Both the position numbers and the translations under genes were made by a program. From Oligoflexales bacterium (GTDB lineage Bacteria; Bdellovibrionota_B; Oligoflexia; Oligoflexales; JALZUQ01): a stretch of DNA of 64,000 bases. Shown here piece by piece: positions 17,676 through 26,994 of this stretch; within the stretch, counting starts at the first letter, position 1, and every line of letters starts with the position of its first letter. The stretch is taken from positions 87,806-151,805 of the forward strand of contig JBGSKV010000083.1 of the NCBI GenBank assembly GCA_041740975.1. Reading direction: 5' to 3'. The notes beneath the pieces were generated by a model. It saw only the letters and a list, made by a program, of their open reading frames with translations, was not told the DNA's origin and ran no database searches.

Positions 17676-19140
17676 CGGCTTGACCTCGCGGATAGGCGTG
17701 CGTAGCAAGGCGAAGCATCGCTTCAGCTTGGCGCGCACCAAGCTCGGCATTCAGAAGGCTAACTTTGGCATGAAGAATCTCGAGTTCGTGACCGAGCAGA
17801 GCGGCTTTTTCGGACCGAACCTGAGCGAACTTCTGTTCATCTGATCTTAGTTTGCTGTTGTAAAACTTTAACTGCTGCTCCGCTTGGGCTTTTTGTTTGG
17901 CCGAAGAATCGAGTTTGTGAATGGCGAACTTAATGTCACGCTCGAGGTTTTGGAGACCTGATTGGAATTCGCTTTCGGCGACTTTCATTTGTGCCTGGGC
18001 TGCGAAAGCTTCGTAGGAACTTTTGCGATTGAAGGGCTTCCATTCAAGTTCTACCCCGACAACGGTCGTTTTATGATCCAGGTCAAAAGGCTCACTAACT
18101 GCATCTTGGCGCTCGGGTTCTATTCCATTTGAGCCAAGAGATGCGAAGAGGTTAACCGTTGGTTTATATTGCTCTTCAGCGAGCTTTTTCTGCAGGCGGA
18201 TGGGTTCCATTTGATTTGTTACAATCTTCAAGTCGATCCGTTGTTGACGAGCGACTTCCAGGGCCGAGCTGACTTCCATTGCGGGAACGCTAAGACTTGG
18301 TTTGGCCAGAATATTTTCCGCAGGCATGACGATCTGATCAGAGCTTAAATTAAGTTTGTTGGCGAGCTTTTGTTTGACATCACCTTGGTTAAGTTCGATT
18401 TCTAGAAGTTGAGTGTCTGATTGGATAGCTCTGGACTCGGCGTTGAGCACGTCGATCTCATCAGCTCGACCAAACTCTTGCCGATCCCGCATGATGGTTG
18501 CAAAAGCTCTCGACTTTGCGGCGATCTGCTTGGCAAGCTGGAGTTGTGCATTCAAAGCCGAAAGGTTCCAATACAGTTGCTCTGTCTCCGCTTGGCTGAT
18601 TTGTTGACGAAGCTCAACTTGAAGCCTGGCTGTATCCGAATGCGCCTTTTGTAATCTTTGCTGTAGGCGGATCTCCCGGGATAGAAAATTACGCCACAGT
18701 GGTTGACGTAGAGTCAACTGAATGTTGCCAGTATGAGCCGGATTTGTGATGACAGTCGGAGGTGGTGGGCCTTGGAACTTGGTCTGCGATTTCTCGTAGG
18801 ATCCAGAAACTTCAATATTTGTACCTGTCGCAAACAGTTTGCGAATGCCAACTTCCGTTTTTCGAATGTTTCTTTCAGTACCGGCAAAATTAGAGTTTTG
18901 TTCACTCTCGTCATTGGCCAATTGAAACTTAGAGAAAATAGTCGCATCGTATACTCCGTCAACGGCGGCTTCCCTCGCTTCTTGTGCGGCTAACTGAGCT
19001 TGGGCGGTTTTTATATCGACGGATTGCGTACGCGAAAGTTCAAGAGCTTTCTCTAAGGTCAAAGCGGATCCGTCATTAGCAAAACCCATAGAGTTTAGTG
19101 CTAATAGAAGAAAGAATGTTAGGCAAAAATAATGTTTCAT
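17662..19140 (-). CDS. TolC-family outer membrane efflux protein (OMF)
   Basis: Signal peptide MKHYFCLTFFLLLALNSMGFA from ATG 19140. Two coiled-coil-rich repeats (LTLEKALELS..., ...LEVARQQRIDLK...) typical of the OEP family. Confidence 0.8.
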   Translation of the reverse strand: MKHYFCLTFFLLLALNSMGFANDGSALTLEKALELSRTQSVDIKTAQAQLAAQEAREAAVDGVYDATIFSKFQLANDESEQNSNFAGTERNIRKTEVGIRKLFATGTNIEVSGSYEKSQTKFQGPPPPTVITNPAHTGNIQLTLRQPLWRNFLSREIRLQQRLQKAHSDTARLQVELRQQISQAETEQLYWNLSALNAQLQLAKQIAAKSRAFATIMRDRQEFGRADEIDVLNAESRAIQSDTQLLEIELNQGDVKQKLANKLNLSSDQIVMPAENILAKPSLSVPAMEVSSALEVARQQRIDLKIVTNQMEPIRLQKKLAEEQYKPTVNLFASLGSNGIEPERQDAVSEPFDLDHKTTVVGVELEWKPFNRKSSYEAFAAQAQMKVAESEFQSGLQNLERDIKFAIHKLDSSAKQKAQAEQQLKFYNSKLRSDEQKFAQVRSEKAALLGHELEILHAKVSLLNAELGARQAEAMLRLATHAYPRGQADANH

Positions 19141-19605
19141 CTTGTTCAATTTATCGGTGTTTTTAGAGATTCTTAAAGAAGTTAATGGGGTGGTGTTTAG
19201 TCTTAAAAAACAACGTGCCGCCCGCAAAACTTAGGCGATGGTTCTTGCACGAGAATTCACGCTCTTTAGCGCTTGGTCTAAAAGAAAATTGGTCATGGGC
19301 TAAAAAGCCCCTTGGAGTGATTGTTTGGAATGGGCCTCAGGCTTTTCTGCGAAGGTCATCTTCTCAGAAAAAATGCGCTGTCAAAATAATGGCGGTGCAA
19401 ACTCGCATGCTCGGATCCGTGCTTTTTTCTGATTTTAGTAAGCTAACTGCCTAGCTCACTTCATTTTACTTTTGTCTATCCAGATCTTATAGGCAGAACG
19501 ATGTGCCAAAGTGATTCAGGCCGCCGAGGCGCGTAAATTGACTTTGTTCCCAACTAGACCGACCATCAAAGTACTCATTCCCGCACCAACAGGCCGAACC
19601 AAACC

Positions 19606-20757
19606 ATGCAAAATTTCGATTCCGTAAAGATCTCTTTCTTATTCGTTGCCCTGCTACTAATTTTTTTTCTAAGTTCAGATAGAGCGTTGGCGAAGGCAGA
19701 GTCTTTGCCCTGTGGTGTGCTAGAAGCGTGGACGAGCATTGAGAGTAGGCTTGACCTTGATCTCATCGCGCGAAATCTTATTGCCAACGGCGAGGGGTTA
19801 TCTCCTCAGGGAAGTTCTGCAATTCGTGACGGAATTGCGAAGTCCATTCAAGCGGATGTCATAGCGGAGTGTGGGGCCAACTGTCATCCACTCAATGCAA
19901 AAAGTTTTATCGTCAAGTCTCTCGCCAAGAATCTTATGATGCTAGGAAGCCGGACCAATGAGTTTCTTCAAAACCGACTACCAACTTGGCAAACCACGAA
20001 ACGCGTCGGCGTGGGAACGCTACTGTTCCTGAGTGGCGCTGCCGCATCCAGTTATATGAACGTCATCATTATCGATTTTGTTAAACTCCATTTATCCGGG
20101 ACATATGAAGTCGCCATTATACCTGCTCTCAATTCCATTACAGGGATGATTTTTGGAGTTACAGGATATGTCTTCATGGACATGCTGAACAGCAAGGGGC
20201 GGGCGATTACAGGGAAACTGATTCAAACAAAAGATGCAATGCAAGAAGCAAATGTCGAACAATCGATTATTGATATGTCTGTTGCCGTACAAGCAAGAAC
20301 GAATGCAGTTGACGGTCGCGTCGCGGGAGTATTCGGATCTTTGAATGCGTACGACACAACTGGATCCATTGCTTTGGTATCTGCACGTCAAGCGGGAGAG
20401 ACGGGTGATCACAATAGTGCCTACAATATCATTGCGGGACTCGCTGTAAATACTCAACAACGCCAAAAACAAATCGACCCTGACTTTGAGTTTCCATTCA
20501 TCCAAGTCTCTCCAATCATAGCCACTTACGCCAAAGCACGGATTCACGAGATTCATCCGCAAGTTCTAGCGCGCATTACATTGCTGCATCAACGTTTATT
20601 TAAGCGAAATCCCAGTGCTGGCGATATGGAAACGTTCTATAAGCCTTTTCTGAAAAAGCTTTTAGAACCGGCATTTTCTGCGGATCAGAGCCAGATCGAC
20701 AAAATCATTGCCGACAATCCCAGTTGGGCCAAAATATCTATTCCAGTCCATAAATAG
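19606..20757 (+). CDS. hypothetical exported/membrane protein
   Basis: 383-aa ORF with N-terminal signal-like segment ISFLFVALLLIFFLSSDRALA and two internal hydrophobic helices. No motif I can assign. Confidence 0.5.
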   Translation: MQNFDSVKISFLFVALLLIFFLSSDRALAKAESLPCGVLEAWTSIESRLDLDLIARNLIANGEGLSPQGSSAIRDGIAKSIQADVIAECGANCHPLNAKSFIVKSLAKNLMMLGSRTNEFLQNRLPTWQTTKRVGVGTLLFLSGAAASSYMNVIIIDFVKLHLSGTYEVAIIPALNSITGMIFGVTGYVFMDMLNSKGRAITGKLIQTKDAMQEANVEQSIIDMSVAVQARTNAVDGRVAGVFGSLNAYDTTGSIALVSARQAGETGDHNSAYNIIAGLAVNTQQRQKQIDPDFEFPFIQVSPIIATYAKARIHEIHPQVLARITLLHQRLFKRNPSAGDMETFYKPFLKKLLEPAFSADQSQIDKIIADNPSWAKISIPVHK

Positions 20758-20790
20758 CTTTGGCAATTTCTTCAAACTTCGATTTTTTAC

Positions 20791-21747
20791 CTACCGGTTT
20801 TTGAACAGGTAATCTTCAAGTTTATCAAATGCCCCTGTCCAACCACTTGTCATCCCCGCTTTGCCATTGTGGAAAGTCTCGGCTTCAACTTTCGCAACAT
20901 CCCCAACAACTTCAGTAACTATCGTGACGCGAGTAAGCTCTGGCCCTTCTTCCGTTAGGGTAATTGTCATGAGCATGGTTTCTGGCCAGGTTGGTGATAA
21001 GGGTTGGCGGGATACGTTCCCTTCTTCATCTATAAACTGCTGAGTGTAAACAATTCGATTGGGCCTCATAACTTCGAGGTATTTGGCGGAACAGTACATC
21101 CTCAGATTGGCTTTGTTGAACATCGAGAAGGAAGAACTACCTCCGGTCTTTATATCCGCATTGAGATATTCCATTTCGAAACCAACTGGCGCAAGCCATT
21201 TGGAAATATGCAAAGGATTAGAAAACATTTCGAATATAGTTTCGATCTCTGCCTCAAAACTTCGATTTATAAAGAACTTGTCCTTACTGAACTGTTCTTG
21301 TTCGAGATATTCAGCTAATCGGTCCCAGGTCGACTCGCCGCCCGCCTTCTTGACAAACTTACGCGTTTCTTCTGCGGCTTCCGGTGTCGGTAAGGTCATC
21401 GTCATGTCCATTTTAGTTTTGCCATTGTCCTCAGAAAAGTTGACAGTCACGCGAAACATAGGAGCGTGTTCGTCATTGCCGCCGTGGTCGTAAACCAAAC
21501 GTTCGTACTTCACGACTTCAAGATACTTGGTTTTGTTTACATAGTCTTTGCCATCTGGTCCGTGCATGGTGTAGTGCCAGATGCCTCCGACTTTTAGTTC
21601 TTTACTGTGTGATGTAAGCGTAAATCCCCTGGGTCCCCACCATTTTGCAGCGTGTTTAGGGTCATTCCATGCTTCCCATACGAGCCTGACTGGCGCATCA
21701 AAGATGCGGATAATTTTGAGTTCATTTGATTTGTTTTTTGCCGCCAT
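20791..21747 (-). CDS. SRPBCC (Aha1/START-like) protein with two tandem domains
   Basis: IRIFDAPVRLVWEAWNDPKHAAKWWGPRGFT is the typical SRPBCC/Aha1_N-like opening. A second copy starts around INRSFEAEIETIFEMFSNPLHISKWL. Sits downstream of ArsR, as commonly seen. Confidence 0.8.
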   Translation of the reverse strand: MAAKNKSNELKIIRIFDAPVRLVWEAWNDPKHAAKWWGPRGFTLTSHSKELKVGGIWHYTMHGPDGKDYVNKTKYLEVVKYERLVYDHGGNDEHAPMFRVTVNFSEDNGKTKMDMTMTLPTPEAAEETRKFVKKAGGESTWDRLAEYLEQEQFSKDKFFINRSFEAEIETIFEMFSNPLHISKWLAPVGFEMEYLNADIKTGGSSSFSMFNKANLRMYCSAKYLEVMRPNRIVYTQQFIDEEGNVSRQPLSPTWPETMLMTITLTEEGPELTRVTIVTEVVGDVAKVEAETFHNGKAGMTSGWTGAFDKLEDYLFKNR

Positions 21748-21777
21748 AACAGGTTCCTTTCCAGTGGTTTTAGAAGG

Positions 21778-22134
21778 TTATCTTTTTTTTGGCTTTTTCT
21801 TTTTCTTGGTTGGATGGATAGTCTTCAAATATTCATCCAAACGATCGAAGCTCGCTTCCCAGTGTTTGCGGTAATGATCCATCCACTCAGAGACATCCCT
21901 AAATTTTTCAGCGTTGAGTTTGCAGGGTCTATATTGGGCATCACGGGTTTTCGTGATGAGACCAGCCTTTTCGAGAACTTTGAGATGTTTGGTGACGGCA
22001 GGTAGGCTCATGTCTTTTAGAAATGGCTTGGCGAGATCAGATACATTGGCCACACCTTCTGACAGACGCGCCAAAATCGCCCGACGTGTGGGGTCGGCTA
22101 AAGCTGAGAAAGTTTGACTTAATACATCCATCAT
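21778..22134 (-). CDS. ArsR/SmtB family transcriptional regulator
   Basis: FSALADPTRRAILARLSEGVANVSDLAKPF...SLPAVTKHLKVLEKAGLI is a winged-HTH of ArsR type. Lys-rich C-terminal tail. Confidence 0.9.
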   Translation of the reverse strand: MMDVLSQTFSALADPTRRAILARLSEGVANVSDLAKPFLKDMSLPAVTKHLKVLEKAGLITKTRDAQYRPCKLNAEKFRDVSEWMDHYRKHWEASFDRLDEYLKTIHPTKKKKKPKKR

Positions 22135-22155
22135 AATTAACTTATCGGTTAATTA
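22134..22155. promoter_or_regulatory. candidate ArsR operator: inverted repeat TAATTAAC-N6-GTTAATTA abutting the arsR start codon
   Basis: Perfect 8-bp arms at 22134-22141 and 22148-22155. A further GTTAAG half-site at 22164-22169. Lies in the divergent arsR / MFS-transporter intergenic region. Confidence 0.35.
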
Positions 22156-22321
22156 ACTAGAAAGTTAAGTATAATTTAAAAAAACCAGTTAAATCAGTGG
22201 TATATGACACGATCGCCGCCAGAAGGGTTGGACTTTCCCGTCGGGATGGCTAGGTGGTTGCCAAGTCCGTTCACTTACGGCTATTAAGGTGTTCAACAAT
22301 TTGAGAGCTCAAGTTTGACTT

Positions 22322-23530
22322 ATGACGACTAACCAATCTTCTTCATTTAAATACCGACTCGACTTATCCGTCTTAACTTTATTGTTTTTTATGTGGGGGT
22401 TCGTTACCTGCCTAAATGATATCTTGATCCCACATTTTAAAACCGTTTTTGAGCTGAGCTATTTCCAAGCTGCGCTCATTCAGTTTACTTTTTTTCTGGC
22501 ATATTTTGTCATGGCCTTGCCTTCTGGTTTTGTAGTGGATCGTTTAGGTTACCGAAAAACTTTAATTTTGGGATTAGTGATAACGGGCGTGGGAGCACTT
22601 GGTTTTATTCCTGCCGCAAAACTCGTTTCTTATCCTATGTTTCTGGGTTCGCTTTTCACGTTAGCTTGCGGCATCACTTTTTTGCAAGTTTCTGCGAATC
22701 CTTACGTGACGGTTATTGGTCCTGAAGAGAAAGCTTCCAGTCGTTTAAACCTGACTCAGGCATTTAACTCTCTCGGTACAACTCTCGCTCCCATCATCGG
22801 CGGCGTGTTGATCCTGTCGACAACCAAAGGCATCGAGACTGTCATCATGCCTTATCTTAGTCTTGCAATTATCTTGTTTGCATTGGCTGTGCTTTTTTCG
22901 TTCTATCAGTTGCCGCCGCTTAGGGTGGAAAGTTCAGGAGACTCCGAAAAGCTCAGAATCAAAGATGTTCTCAAGTACCGTCATACCGTACTGGGAGCGC
23001 TTGCCATCTTTGTTTATGTGGGCGCCGAGGTTTCCATAGGAAGTTTTCTCGTGAATTATTTTGCGTTGCCAGAAGTTTTGTCTCTCTCACATGAGTCAGC
23101 CGCCAAGTATGTGGCTTTCTATTGGGGTGGGGCGATGGTAGGAAGGTTCATCGGTTCTGCTATACTTCAAAAAGTGGATACGGGATTGCTTTTGGGAATT
23201 TTTTCTCTTTGTGCGGCTGGTTTGATTTTGCTTTCGATTGTTTCCGGTGGAAGTTTCGCCATGTATGCGATCTTAGCGGTAGGCCTTTTCAACTCGATTA
23301 TGTTCCCTAGTATTTTCACTCTTGGCATCGCGAAACTCGGCAAACTAACCAGCCTCGGATCGAGTCTCTTGATCATGGCGATCGTCGGGGGCGCCATAAT
23401 TCCACTGGTGGTGGGTAGCCTTGCCGATCATATGAGTCTGCAAAAAGCTTTTATAGTACCTGTTATTTGTTACTTGTATTTATTTTACTACGGATTAAAA
23501 GGTTCCAAGATTCAGCCTCGAAAGACGTAA
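22322..23530 (+). CDS. sugar MFS transporter (FucP/GluP family)
   Basis: 402 aa, 12 TM. N-terminal FFMWGFVTCLNDILIPHFK is the characteristic FucP/glucose-galactose transporter opening. Confidence 0.85.
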   Translation: MTTNQSSSFKYRLDLSVLTLLFFMWGFVTCLNDILIPHFKTVFELSYFQAALIQFTFFLAYFVMALPSGFVVDRLGYRKTLILGLVITGVGALGFIPAAKLVSYPMFLGSLFTLACGITFLQVSANPYVTVIGPEEKASSRLNLTQAFNSLGTTLAPIIGGVLILSTTKGIETVIMPYLSLAIILFALAVLFSFYQLPPLRVESSGDSEKLRIKDVLKYRHTVLGALAIFVYVGAEVSIGSFLVNYFALPEVLSLSHESAAKYVAFYWGGAMVGRFIGSAILQKVDTGLLLGIFSLCAAGLILLSIVSGGSFAMYAILAVGLFNSIMFPSIFTLGIAKLGKLTSLGSSLLIMAIVGGAIIPLVVGSLADHMSLQKAFIVPVICYLYLFYYGLKGSKIQPRKT

Positions 23531-23531
23531 T

Positions 23532-23930
23532 TTAGAAATCAATCGCGAAATGCCAACGTGCCTTCATGTTTGAGGCGGCTTCTAAAACTTTCTTATAGTC
23601 GTTGAGATCGGCTAGCACGTCCGAGGAATTTGCCACGGATTTTGGATTCCTCTGCAAGTGGTCGCTCAGTTTGACAATCCAATCCAATCCTTCACCTGGC
23701 TCAAACCATTGCTCAGCAGGTACTTGGGCAGAATCCTCCGGTCCAATGTCGTCCAGAAAATCAGCCAATTCTTCCGGATCGCAGCTGACAAAATCTTCAA
23801 TATCTCGAATGCCTAGTTCTTTTGCGGCTGCGCTCAAAGAGTCCCATGCACTTGCGAGAGCTTTGCCGTCTACTGACGCGTCAAAGTCGATGTCACTTCT
23901 ATCGAGCACAATATAATAAGCTACACTCAT
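23532..23930 (-). CDS. hypothetical acidic cytoplasmic protein
   Basis: 132-aa ORF, strongly acidic, no signal peptide. Located 63 nt downstream of hutU on the same strand. Confidence 0.5.
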   Translation of the reverse strand: MSVAYYIVLDRSDIDFDASVDGKALASAWDSLSAAAKELGIRDIEDFVSCDPEELADFLDDIGPEDSAQVPAEQWFEPGEGLDWIVKLSDHLQRNPKSVANSSDVLADLNDYKKVLEAASNMKARWHFAIDF

Positions 23931-23993
23931 AAACTGCTACGCTCCATTTTGAGAACTGCGACTACGTTTGCGGATGCAATTATATTACAAAAT

Positions 23994-25985
23994 TTAATAT
24001 TCCAATCCATCTAAGTAATGATCGTCCGCCAAAAATGGCAGCGTGACAGTATTGGGGTGACTATCTTCTTTCATGGTCTGAATGGCATTTGCATTTCCGG
24101 CCCACGCGCGGCGTGCGACGCCACCTAAAACATCCCATGGCAGTGCCGTTTCAATAATTTCGTCCACTTCTTTGCGGCCGTCCAAAACAAGTCCAAACCC
24201 ACCATTAATGGATTTGCCAATACCAACACCGCCACCATTATGAAGTGCCACCAGAGTCATGCCTCGTGCGGCATTTCCTGCAAAACATTGTGTCGCCATA
24301 TCGGCCATAACATTGGAACCATCTTTGATATTTGCTGTTTCGCGGAAAGGTGAGTCGGTGCCTCCGGTATCGTGGTGATCGCGGCCCAACATAATTGGTC
24401 CAACTTTTCCGTCTCGAACAGCGGCATTAAACTTGAGAGCAATTGTTCGACGACCTTCCGCGTCCTGGTAGAGAATGCGCGCTTTGGTTCCGACTACAAG
24501 TTTGTTCTTTTCGGCGTCGCGAATCCAGTTGTAGTTATCAATATCCTGATAACGTGGTTTCGCGCGCATGCTTTTTATAGTTTCAGCAGCAATCTTATCA
24601 GTCGCCTGCAAATCCTTGTGATCTCCCGACAAACATACCCATCGAAACGGTCCATAGCCATAATCAAAAAGTTCGGGTCCCAAAATATCTTCGACGTAGC
24701 TTGGCCAAATGAAACCATCTTTTTCGTCAGAGCCGTTTTTAGAAATTTCCTTAACCCCAGCATCAAATACAGCTTTCATAAACGAATTACCGTAGTCGAA
24801 GAAGTAAGTTCCGGTCGCGACCAGGTCTTTGATGATTTTATAGTGTCGGCGTAAAGACTCATCGACCGATTTTTTAAATTGATCCGAATCCGATTGCAAA
24901 AGTTTGGTACGCTCAGCAAAACTCATACCCTGCGGACAGTAGCCGCCATCATAAACAGCATGGCAACTAGTTTGATCGGAAAGTAGATCAATTTTTTGCT
25001 TGGTCTTTAATGCGTACTCAAGCAGTTCGACAATATTGCCATGAAAGGCAATGGCGGCTGGTTTTTTGCTTTTCACAGCTGCATTCGCAAGATGAAATGC
25101 GTCTTCTGGAGTTTTCGCAACCTCTGATACCCAGCCTTGGCTATGCCGAGTTTGAATGCGAGATTCGTCTACTTCCGCAATAATCGAAGCCGCGCCTGCT
25201 ATCATCGCTGCTTTGCCTTGCGCGCCGGACATGCCGCCCAGACCTGAACTCACAAAAAGTTTTCCTCCCAGACTTTCTGAGTCTTTAAGACCAAGTTTTA
25301 GTCGGCCCGCGATTAACAAAGTATTGAACGTGCCGTGCACGATGCCTTGCGGACCGATGTACATCCAGCCGCCAGCCGTCATTTGGCCGTAATTTGCAAC
25401 TCCCAGGGCCGCAGCCCGTTGCCAGTTTTCGTTGTCATCAAACATTCCCACCATCAGGGCATTGGTCGTGATGACACGTGGAGCCCCAGCGTGCGATTTG
25501 AAAAGTCCTAGTGGATGCCCCGAGTGAAGAACCAAAGTTTGATCTTCAGACATGTCTTCAAGATATTTTTTTATGAGCTGGTACTGCATCCAGTTCTGGC
25601 AGACTTGGCCTGTTTCGCCATAAGTCACAAGTTCGTATGGATAGAGCGCAACATCAAAATCCAAATTGTTGTCAATCATCACTTGCAGTGCTCGGCCAGC
25701 CAAACATCGACTTTTATATTCATCAACAGGTTTTCCACAGAGACGCTCTTGCGGACGGAAGCGGTAGCCATAAATTCGACCGCGAGTCTTGAGCTCATCG
25801 AGAAATTCAGGTGCAATCTCAGCGTGCCATTTTGTCGGAATATAGCGAAGGGCGTTCCTAAGGGCGAGTTTGACTTCGTGTTTTTTTAGGTTGAGTTTGC
25901 GCATCGGAGCGCGGCGAATACCGGGATCGAAAACCGGATTGGGCGGAAGTTTTGAGGCAAATTCTAATGACATCGTTTTTGACAT
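23994..25985 (-). CDS. hutU: urocanate hydratase (long form)
   Basis: VTYGETGQVCQNWMQY, GQMTAGGWMYIGPQGIVHGT, GLGGMSGAQGKA and RDHHDTGGTDSPFRET blocks match the urocanase family across its length. Confidence 0.9.
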   Translation of the reverse strand: MSKTMSLEFASKLPPNPVFDPGIRRAPMRKLNLKKHEVKLALRNALRYIPTKWHAEIAPEFLDELKTRGRIYGYRFRPQERLCGKPVDEYKSRCLAGRALQVMIDNNLDFDVALYPYELVTYGETGQVCQNWMQYQLIKKYLEDMSEDQTLVLHSGHPLGLFKSHAGAPRVITTNALMVGMFDDNENWQRAAALGVANYGQMTAGGWMYIGPQGIVHGTFNTLLIAGRLKLGLKDSESLGGKLFVSSGLGGMSGAQGKAAMIAGAASIIAEVDESRIQTRHSQGWVSEVAKTPEDAFHLANAAVKSKKPAAIAFHGNIVELLEYALKTKQKIDLLSDQTSCHAVYDGGYCPQGMSFAERTKLLQSDSDQFKKSVDESLRRHYKIIKDLVATGTYFFDYGNSFMKAVFDAGVKEISKNGSDEKDGFIWPSYVEDILGPELFDYGYGPFRWVCLSGDHKDLQATDKIAAETIKSMRAKPRYQDIDNYNWIRDAEKNKLVVGTKARILYQDAEGRRTIALKFNAAVRDGKVGPIMLGRDHHDTGGTDSPFRETANIKDGSNVMADMATQCFAGNAARGMTLVALHNGGGVGIGKSINGGFGLVLDGRKEVDEIIETALPWDVLGGVARRAWAGNANAIQTMKEDSHPNTVTLPFLADDHYLDGLEY

Positions 25986-26073
25986 AGTGCCCTCATTGCT
26001 GAAGGCACCTTTATATCAATATCGTCACAGTGAGCATAGGGAAGAATCTATGTTTAGCATCTTCCGCCGTTAT

Positions 26074-26430
26074 TTACTCAGCAAGTGTTTCGAAGGTCGT
26101 TCTTTGGTTGATACCGTCCGGAGAGAGGCTATTCATGTGGTTATAGCGAACTTTCAACTGCGCGCCCACTTGCGGCAAAGTCATATGCTTGCTGTTATCC
26201 AAAATGAAAACTCTACCAACGTGACCCTGACAATCGGTATGACCACCAATCAAATTAGCTTCGGACACTTTAAAGAGAATCGCCAAAGGAGCGGTTCCAA
26301 CTGTGTCGTCCAATTTGTAAACGTTAGAAACATTTTCAATCGTGCCCGTGAATTCGCAGATTTCGTAGAAAGATGCGAAAGAAGCCGTGCTGAATAATAC
26401 CGACGAAATTAAAATCATTTTGCGTAACAT
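26074..26430 (-). CDS. hypothetical small secreted protein
   Basis: 118 aa with signal peptide MLRKMILISSVLFSTASFA. No recognisable domain. Confidence 0.5.
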   Translation of the reverse strand: MLRKMILISSVLFSTASFASFYEICEFTGTIENVSNVYKLDDTVGTAPLAILFKVSEANLIGGHTDCQGHVGRVFILDNSKHMTLPQVGAQLKVRYNHMNSLSPDGINQRTTFETLAE

Positions 26431-26994
26431 GTTCCGTACTCCTGAAGGGTGTGAATTCTGAAGTCAAACTATCCTTGCTTAAGCAGAACTTCCAATGATT
26501 CGTTCTAATCTAGCGCCATTAGATTTAGTGATGACTTCGGCAGACGGAAGCATTCGAACGCGTAGCCCTGAGTCAAGCGACGTGAATCTCGCTCCCAAGT
26601 CGCTTACTGTCCTTAGTTTGAGCATTTTTTGCGAAAAGTGCGCGGCAGATGAACAGATGCCCGAACCAGACGTCATATTTTTGACGAAAACAACCTTCAC
26701 CAACCCTCACCCATTCGTGAAAATTTGGCTCCGCCTTAGCTGGGCAATCTCGTAGTCATAAAGGGCGCCTTAGTATATGAAATGAGGTGCTGGAGTCGGT
26801 TTTCATAGGCGCTATGCAAAAAATGCAGTGCCCTCCAACCTCGCAGAAAGACTATGATAAGGCTTGAGTCATCGTGCCTTCTGACTTTTTGTGATCAACG
26901 TGAAGTCGGAATGGGTATGCAGGAAATATTTTTTGATTCTTCTGATGTTTTTAACAGTGCGAAATTTCTGAGTGCGAAAAGAGGAGCGAAGAAA

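Noticed and set aside
17676-17750. N-terminal extensions proposed by the ORF track for the RND pump (17676-17750). The same pattern affects the OMF (19141-19227), sucB (26854-26994), the lipoprotein (33033-33062), the 54840 ORF, the 57338 ORF (57842-57997), ALDH (60574-60669) and aroE (63544-63627).
   Set aside because: In each case an internal start gives a canonical N-terminus or signal peptide, has a better RBS, and/or removes an overlap with the neighbouring gene.
21783-21790. T8 homopolymer (A8 on the coding strand) in the Lys-rich tail of arsR, considered as a possible slipped-strand phase-variation tract.
   Set aside because: It lies in the last about 10 codons. A frameshift would alter only the extreme C-terminal tail, so a regulatory switch is unlikely.
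26479-26755. Considered whether the sucB upstream gap hides tmRNA, RNase P RNA, SRP RNA or 6S RNA.
   Set aside because: No tRNA-like acceptor/T-arm ends, no ...ALAA-type tag reading frame (the minus ORF ends ...IIGSSA), and none of the conserved RNase P or SRP strings were seen. This cannot be excluded without covariance models, so it is kept only as a low-interest finding.
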